From the IMG/VR virus record IMGVR_UViG_3300033061_001635, positions 96,001-160,000 of that record: 64,000 nt of DNA. One strand, 5' to 3'. This DNA comes from a virus (taxonomy: Duplodnaviria; Caudoviricetes). Shown here one piece after another: positions 12,101 to 21,100 of the stretch. The position numbers and the translations under genes were made by a program. The number at the start of each line of letters is the position of its first letter. Positions within the stretch are counted from its first letter, which is position 1. The notes under the pieces were generated by a model. It was given only the letters and a program-made list of their open reading frames with translations. It was not told where the DNA came from and made no database searches.

Positions 12101-15100
12101 GTCATTTATAGCTTCTCTTCGCTTACTCACCTCTTCTTGTGCTAATTTTTTAGCCTCTTCTGCTGAAGCTACACTAATGCCTCTAATAGTTCCAGCATTT
12201 TTATATTCTTCCATCCTCGTAGCTATTAACTGCTGATCCATTTGTCTGAGGGTTTTTCTATCTCTCATAGAATCAGAAATATATTTTTGAATATCATTAC
12301 CGCTAATATTTAGATTTTTTAATTCACTTGCTGTTATATTGCCTTTTATACCAGTAGAAGTTTGTGTTCCAGTAGCCACTGTTGTAGCTCTAGAAAAAGC
12401 TTGTGTCTTAATATCATTTAATTCAGAAGATATAGCCTGTGCAACCTGATCAGCTAAGTCTGATGCAGCTATTGGTTGTTTGGACGATGATACTATATCA
12501 GCTTCTATAGCCTTTTTTCTTTTATCTATTAATCGTTGCTCTTCTTTTTCTGCTAAAGATAATATTTTTTGTTGTGTAGCTCCTGATCCTAGTTTTTTAC
12601 CAACTGAACTTTCTTTAAATCCAGATTCTAAAAATTGACGCTTAGTAACATCAATAAGTCCCTTATTTCTGATATTAGATAATGCTTTTTCGGCTTCTAT
12701 AATCTTATCTATAGATGCTCCACTGATTTTTAGTCTTTCTAAATCTTTGTTCCCTGCATCCAATACAGCTTTTATAGATAGTTGTTTATTTTCATTCAAT
12801 AAACGATTTAAATATTTCATGCCGTCTCCGGCATCATAAAGAGTGTCCACAAATGCTTTTGTATCTTGCAAAATAGATGGATCTACTGCTATTGTACTAG
12901 TATCGATTGAGTTTGGACGATTGCTCGTAATATTCTGTGTTTTTCCTAAATAACTTGTTATATTTTGCAATCCAGAAAGAACACTATCTACGCCACCACC
13001 AAAAGCAAATTTTTGTACTCCTCCTACAATTCCTCCTTTATTATATCCTTGTATTTTGTCTGCTTTATTTAATTGATGTAATTTATTATATCCTATTTTT
13101 TTAGCAGCGTTCTTATTAACAACAAATTCACCAGGAGTTAATAGTGCTGGCACCGTATCTTCTGAAGATAGTCCCGTATTTCCTCCTGATGCAAATTTTC
13201 TGATACTTCCGCCACCATTCCGAGATAAAAATGATAGTTGCTGGGCTTTAATATGCTCAGCATATTTTGGATCATTCATATTTATAACATCTGGACTATT
13301 AATCAAATCCGCAGACTTGTTATAGCCACTTTGAAGAATCCATGCCGGATCACTAGGTGGTGGCCAAGTTTCTTTTCTTCCATATAGTTTAGGATCAAGA
13401 TAGCTATGATTTTTAGTCCATTGACTTGGATCAAGGGGAGTTTTCTTTACATCTGAGCGATTATTAAAATAGTATGACCAAACAGATTTTGCAGATTCAC
13501 TCACTTGATTTCTGTCTGATGTTAACATACTTCCAGCAGCAGTGGCAGCTTCCATTACTATGTCATATAATCTTGGACCATATCCTTGGGTTGCTTTTGA
13601 TAAACCAACAGTAAATAAATTGCCGGTTGCTTTTTTAGCGCTAACAAAACCTTGTCTATCGTTATTTTTAAAGTATGTCGCCGTTATTTCAGATCCATCA
13701 GATCGTAATCCTATTTTGCTATAATTTTTAGGTTTTTTCTCTTGTGATTTTTGTAAACCGGTTACGCCAGCAGCCCCTATAGATCTTTCTGGCATTCCTG
13801 CTGTTAAACCAGCACCCTGAAAAGTCCTAGCAATAGAATCAGCAGAACCATACATAGAACTTATCAAACTAGACATGTCAGTGTCTTCTAATCCTAATGC
13901 CATACCTCCATCAGCATATTTAGGTAAAGTTTTATAAAAATCTGGATTCAGTCCACTCTCCCCAAAAGCCTGAGATAAAAGCTCAATAGCTCCTTTATTG
14001 TTTTCTACAGCGGCCGACAATAAAACGGGAATTAGTTCATTTTTACCCAAATCCCATTGTGTCGCACCAAGAGTGCTAAAAAGGTTTTGAGATACATTAT
14101 TTTTTTTCGTTATTTTTTTAACAGAGTCATGGGCTTCTGCTATAAAATTTCCAGAATATGGACTCTTGCTTGTTGCTGTTGGGAAAAAATGCTCAAGTCT
14201 ATAATCTTTTGGTCCTGCCCACTCGGCATTCTTTGGATCTTTATACCATTTTTCAACAGCATCTTTACGCTTTAATAAGCTTTCATGCAGTTTATCTATA
14301 ATTTCAGGATGATTATCATATAAATGTCCTTGAATATCATGAAAAGACTCATGAGCAAGAACACCTTTATGAAGTCCTCCTGCTGTTTTTATAGTATCAT
14401 CATTGCCTTCAAATAGTATTCGCTGATCAACAAATTGTTTAAGTGCCTTATATTCATCTTCTGGTAATTTACTTTTATATTTTTCAAGATTATGTCTAAG
14501 AACCTTGGGCATTAATCCACCCTGATAAAATGCTCCTGTTTGTTCTTCTGGGGGAGCCTTTTCAGATTTTCCCAACAGTATTGACATCACACTGCTTTTA
14601 CTTTTTTCAGCAAGACTTCTTCCTGGTATAAAATCAATAGGTTCTGCTTGACCAGATGGCATTTTAAGATAGCCATCAGATGTTAACATTTCTTTTGGTA
14701 GAATACTTGCTAATATTGACTTGTATTCTTCTTCAACTTTACCACCTTTAGCAAAGGTATAATGTATCGCTTCGTGCCCCTGGCCCTTCAATCGCATTAT
14801 TGTTTCTAAATTATCGTCAATCATCTTTTGATAACCGGTAATCTTCTTATTTTGCGGACCGTTTGATCCTCTAATTTTAGATTCCGGAATGGGTAATCCT
14901 AGATTTTGTAAGGTCTGAGCTAAAATACCGGTTTGATTAGGATTTCTGGCTGATAAAATACTAACGTTGTCTATTAAAGATGGCTCTTGTTTTAATGCTT
15001 CTGATAAGTGTTGTCCTAGGGGTGTAAGCTTGCCTTTCTTTAACATCTCTTGAACCAAAGGCATATCGTCTTTTCTTGATAAATCTAGTTTACCATCAGG

Positions 15101-18100
15101 AAGTCTAATTTCTCCACCAGTAACCAGAGTATCATCAAAATCAAAAACCATTTCTTTAAATGGGCCGGTCGAGTTATTGTTTGGGAATATTTCTCCATAC
15201 TTTTTAAGTAGTCCGCCGCCTGATAATTTCTGAACCATCTTATCATTCTTTGGTTCTGGTATTCCATATTGTGCTCTAAAATATTTTTGAAATTCTTCAA
15301 CAGCCTTGCCTCTACTATTACTATCTATTGTTCTTTTAACTTCTGTTGGAATATTAGGATCAATACCAAATATTTTTGCCGCTTTAGGTCCGATGCCCAT
15401 TGGAAAGTCGATTGGACGAGTTCTTAAAGCATCGTCCAATATGGTAGCATCTGCTGATCCAAAAATTTGTTCTAGTAAAGCCCCTTCAATATTTCCTTGT
15501 CCTAATGTTTCTCTTTGTTTTTTAGTTAATTCTTTAGGAGTAATACCAAGAAGTTTTGATGCTCCTTGTACTATTTCTGCTGTTTGTCCACTAAGATAAT
15601 CAATAACATTTTGGAATTCTGTTGGTAATCCTCTTTGTACTATGGAGGCATTTATTGACCTGTCTTTGCCGGACGAATCGGTGCCAAGATTCCAAGTTTC
15701 TGGACCTAATAATCCAGTATATCCTAATGGATTTAATCCTACTAAACCTAATTGTGTCGATGACAAAACAGCATTTGTTGTATCTTTTAATGCTGTTGCT
15801 TTTTGAGTTCCTTGTGATTGTTTAAATTTATCTATTAAGTAATCTCTTGTTCTTGTATAGTAAGCTAATTTATCTGCTTTAGTTTCTGGTCTAAATGCAG
15901 AATTCCAATATTTTAATTTGCCACCTTCAGCAGTATCAGATACTGTTTTTCCTGAGAATGGGCCAAAACTTGAATCATTTGGTAATCTTTCAGATCCAAA
16001 TCTTTTTAATATCTCTGTTCCTTGAGCTGGTAATATTCCAGAAGATTTTTTAACAGCTGTTTCTGTAGCTACTTTTGCTAAAATAGCTTGTTGTATAGCG
16101 GAAGATGGACCAGTTGGAGATGATGATGAATCAGTATCAAATCTTAGTCCATATTTTGCAGGATCGCTGGTTGCTAACTGTCTAAGAAGGCGATATGGTT
16201 CAAATGATTTTTTAGTTTCTAGTTTTTTCTTTTTATCTTTTAAGGACCGATAAAGCTCTAGTTGAGCAGCATACTCTTTGTCTGTCTCTGCTTTTTTATT
16301 ATCTGCGCGAGTTATTCCTGTTGCGGCCAACTGCTGGTCTATACCGGATACTTCTTCTTTGTATGCTGCTTCTGCTTGTTCTATTAGTGTTGGCAATACG
16401 TTGGATCTGTTCTGTAGTTGAACCATATTGTTTTTTAATAATGAAAATACCGAGGGGGAAACAACTTGTTGAAGACCCTCTAGATTTCCATTTAATACTA
16501 AATCCCTAACTTGTGTTCCACTTATTCCGCCTGTTCTTTTTAGATTAGAGACTCCATATCCTGCTTTTTTATATTTCTCCATTTGCTTTTCTGTCTTGTC
16601 TGCAACAAAAGCCATGCTTCCTTCACCAGCTAATGTAATCTGTCTACGACCATCCTTTTCTCCCATATCAAAAGCTAAAGGAACACTCATATCTCCAAAT
16701 GCCTTTGGTAGAACAGAGGCCCCCTTAGATCCGAATCCTGCTTTGGCCAGTGCTAATCTAAAATCTTTATCAAATACTGCTGTTCTATAATTTTCAGAAT
16801 CTACAGCCTCATCGGATCCGACTAATGCTATAAAGTCTTCATAGGGTATGCCAGCAGCTTTGGCTGCTTCCATCATAGATTCGTGACCTACTGTTGTTGG
16901 AGCAAATCCTCCCCAAGTTAATCCTATTTTTTTCTTAGTTGCTTCTACTAGTTCATTTCCTGTTTTACGACGTAATCCACCGTCGTCTTTTCGTCCTAAT
17001 ACTACTGATTTAGAACCTATTCTATCTTCTAATAAAGCTTCTTCTTTTGCCGTGTCTAATGGAGCCCCTGTTGTGCTACCAGCTGTTCTACCAAATAATC
17101 CAACACCACTAACGTCCCTCATTGTTCTTTGTTTAAGAATTCTATCTTTTTCTTCTTTTGTAGTAGACGATAATGTATAAGCTCTATCTACTTCCTGTAA
17201 CATACCCTCTAACTTATCCTGAGAAACTGTGCTTGTAAGCAACATAACTTCTGAAGCTTTAGTTATATCTTCTGGGGTTAGGATAGGGAAGCGATTTGTT
17301 TGTCGTAGTGTTCCGTTATCGTTGGATCCTCTTCCGGTAACAATACTACTTTTACCAGCTCCGGCCACGCCATATAGTGCTTTTAGAGAGTTTAAACTTT
17401 TTTCTTTTCTGGCTTTGATGGCTAGATCAGTTAAATACTCCGTATAATTTCTTGGTCCATCAACACCGGCTTTTTTCATAGCCTGTTCAATAACTTGGGC
17501 ATTTGCTGGATCATTAATTACATCAAAATCAATATATCCTAAATTTCTTGTAACCTTACCACCATCTGTATATTGTTGTCTTTGAATTCCAGCACTACCT
17601 AATAATTCATTTAGAGTAGAGTCTAATATTCCCTCCATATTAGAATCTAGCATTGGTCGTTTTTGAATTAGAGTTGTTAAAAATTCTTCTTTACCATTAT
17701 CTTCTGCTTTATTTATAACATCTTGCTTAACTCCGCCCTTTAATAGTAAGTCAGTAATTTTAGGATTTATTGGTCGATATTCACGAGCATTTTTCTTTTT
17801 TTCAGCTTCAAAATATAATGCTGATCCTTCTTTAGAAACTTCAGGATTGTCCGATCTTCCCGTTCTTATCGTATCTCTTCTTAAATTGCTTAATACGCTA
17901 TTAAGCATGTTGTTTTTATAGCTACGACCATATACAACATCGGCGCTATTATATCCGCCATCTTTCTCTGTTAGAGCATCAAAAGCATCAGCCAATCCAT
18001 CATTATCACCAGAGAATAATTGACTTACTCTATTTCTATATTGATCAAAAGCGCCTGATGATTGTGTCCTTATTGAATTTAATAATTGATGTGTTAATTC

Positions 18101-21100
18101 ATGATATAATGTATTTTTTTCTTGATTTGGGAAATATCTGGTGCTACTTAAACCCACTGTTCCTCGTCCGGTAGTTTCGGTAATTTCTTTTTTAGCCGCC
18201 ATTGCTGCTTTTCTAGCATAAGCTTGTTTATCTTTCACTTTAGATATTTGCATAGTTAATGCAGATTTTTCATCATAAGCCTTTTTAAATGCAGCATCAT
18301 CAATTGAAAAAGATCCATCATCAAAAGTTTTTGTTGGCGTTTTCATTATCTTCTTAATTTCTTTTTCTTTTTCCTCCCATAATTTTTGATAGCCATATAG
18401 ATCTTGTTCATCGGCCGTGGTGAACCCATACTGAGATAAATCTAACTTATCAAAATCTCTAGCGCCATAAGGATTTGCATAAAAAGTACCACGAGAACTA
18501 ACGTTTTGTCCTACTCCACCAAAATCAATATTTTGTGGTAAAACTTTAGACAAATCCTGTTCTGGTAAACCTATATATTTAGCAAAATTTGCTAGATCGC
18601 CCACTAAATCATTTCGTCTAATTTTAGTCTTAAACAAACTTTCAAATTTTTTGCGATCAAAAGCTTGTGACTTAAAATGTTCAGCAACTGCATTCTGATC
18701 AACATTTATTCTTTCATCTTTTGGATATTGATCCCACGCTAATGATACTTGTTCATCATTTAACTTCTTTTCCATTTCTTTAACATAAGCGTTCGTAATG
18801 CGCTTGGGAAATTTGGTTTGTCCTGTACCGAATGGGGTTGATTCTGCTTTTCCTCCGGCCATGAATCTTTGAATTCTTCCTCCAAGATTTTTTTTATCAA
18901 ACTTTTTTGGATCTTGTTCAATTAATCTTTTATTCTGCTTACCCTCTGGTAATGACAGATACTCTGCCTTAGTTATAGTTTCTGCTCGCTTCGGTCCTGT
19001 ACCAGAATATGAAAAACCTAATCCTTTATCTATTAAGTTCTGTTTTAGATTATCGTCAACAAAAAGCGGTCTCCCACTACGTTCTTTATCTGTCTGTTGA
19101 CTATATCCTTTAGTAAAATTCTCTGTTACATTTTTACCTTTTGTATATTGTGTTTCAGTTAATTTTTTTGCTTCAAGAGCAAGATTTTTTTTCCATTTTT
19201 GGTTACTTCTCATTTCAAATGTATCAACTCCGACAAGTCTACTACTAGTATCATATGCCGAAGTTTTTGGTGTGAACTTTACTACTGGACTGTCTCCGTC
19301 GTAAACATGGTCAACAACCACATTTAATGGCTCTGGGGCTTTTCCTCCACCGCCAAATCTTTGTCTTTTATTTGATTTTCCTGCTCTTATACTTCCACCA
19401 CCCCCATACTTATTCATATTATGAAGATTATCTGATCCTATAGTTTCAACAGCTTTCTTTCTTATAACAAATTCTCCTGGCTCTAACATTGCTGGTACAG
19501 TATCTCCACTGCCAGTACCAGGAACAACACCACCTCGTGCAAATTTTCTTATAACTCCGCCATTAGCTTTACCATCTGGTCCTCTTTTAACTCCTGTGGT
19601 AAATCCTGTAGTAAATTCTGTTAATGCTTTAAATCCCTTAAATGCTGCAAGAACTGCTAATGCTGGAAGAATTCCTTTAACGGCGTCTGCTACTTTTATC
19701 AAACCGCTAGTTAAAGATAATGCACCTCTAACTAAACTCTGAAATCCTTTAGATTGACCTATCTCACGAAATAGTGAGAAAAATTCTTCACGAACTTTGC
19801 TTATTTGATTTGCTAAACTAAGTTGTGCTGTAGCAGCATCTTTAGCCAGAGATGCCTGTCCTTGTTGTGCAACCTTTAATGCCTGCTGGGTCACAGTGAA
19901 TTGTTGAATAAGAGGAATAACTTTGCCAATTTGACGAAATCCACCAAGTTCTTCAACTATTCTGGAAAAATCTAAACTTCTAGGATCTATCTTGCCTAGT
20001 CCTTTGCTTAATAATTCAACGGCTTTATATGCTCCAACAAATTTACCTTCTGTGTCTGTTAGATTAACACCAAACTCTTTTAGCGCATCTATTGTTGTTC
20101 CTCTTTGAACACGAGTAAATATTGTCCGCAATCCAGTAGCAATAGTTTCAGCACTTTCACGACTAGTTGCTCTAATACTAGTAAATACCGAAATGAATTC
20201 ATTTAAAGCGTCTTTTCCTTCGCTTACTCCTTTGCTCGCAGTAGCAAATACGCTACCTGTTCTTTGTACAGCCGTAATGATGTCGCTGGATTCTACTGCG
20301 AATCTTGCGGCAACAGCATTAACTGCTCCTAATGATGCCTCCAAATCATTAGCGCTAATACCAAACTGTCTCATTATAGCAATACTGCCTTCGACAGTCT
20401 CATTCATATTATCGAATGATGGAGCTAAGCTACTAAGAGCTAAAGCCTTTAGAGCTTTCTCAGTTTCTCTAGCACTCAAACCAGCCTGAGCTAATGTTGA
20501 TGCTACTTGAGTTAACTCTTTAGAACTAACACCAAATTCTACAGCTAAATTAGTAATTTGAGATTGCAGTTTGGATAATCCAGCAGCAGATTCACCAGTA
20601 ACTTGTTGTAGCTTTACAAGTTCTTTATCATAATCAATAAAAGCTTGTATACCATTATTTATACTATTGGTTACGCCATATATAACGCTTGTAACAGCAC
20701 TAAATGCAACGAATCTTCTAACTGCTAAACCAGCCTGTTTACCGAATTCCTGCATCTCTGTTGCGGCATTTTGCAATCCTCCAGATGTTGATGAGGATAC
20801 TTTATTTAATTTAGCAATTGCTGACGAAGTTTGATTAATTTGTTGAGGGACATTGTTAATTTTAACAGAATTTACGCTATTACCAAAAGCCTTTATTGCT
20901 GATGTGGCAGCATTGGCTGATTTGACAGTTGAGGCAAAATTAGCATTTAGAACTTTTAATGAAGACGATAATGCTGCAACATTTTTTGATGCTGCCGGAT
21001 CAAGTTTAAACTGTACGTTTGCATTAAGAGTGCCAAGATCTTTTTTAATCTGAGCAGCTATTTGCTTAACGTTTGTTGGACCTTTAAGATTCAACTGTGC

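Larger units (their letters stand above)
3660..19570 (-). repeat. Five dispersed copies of a ~60-80 aa TMP module GG..D[TN]VPA[ML]L[TSE]PGEFV[VI] (cores at ~19465-19504, 13115-13159, 9152-9196, 5816-5860, 3794-3838)
   Basis: Read directly in the translation. Copies 3 and 4 are also clearly similar at DNA level (ggaacagtatc...aaatcaat...agcatatat.aatcctcc). Confidence 0.95.

Noticed and set aside
8910-12236. Long plus-strand ORFs (8910..9551, 10362..10748, 11427..12236)
   Set aside because: Antisense shadows of the TMP caused by its codon bias; no recognisable protein features.
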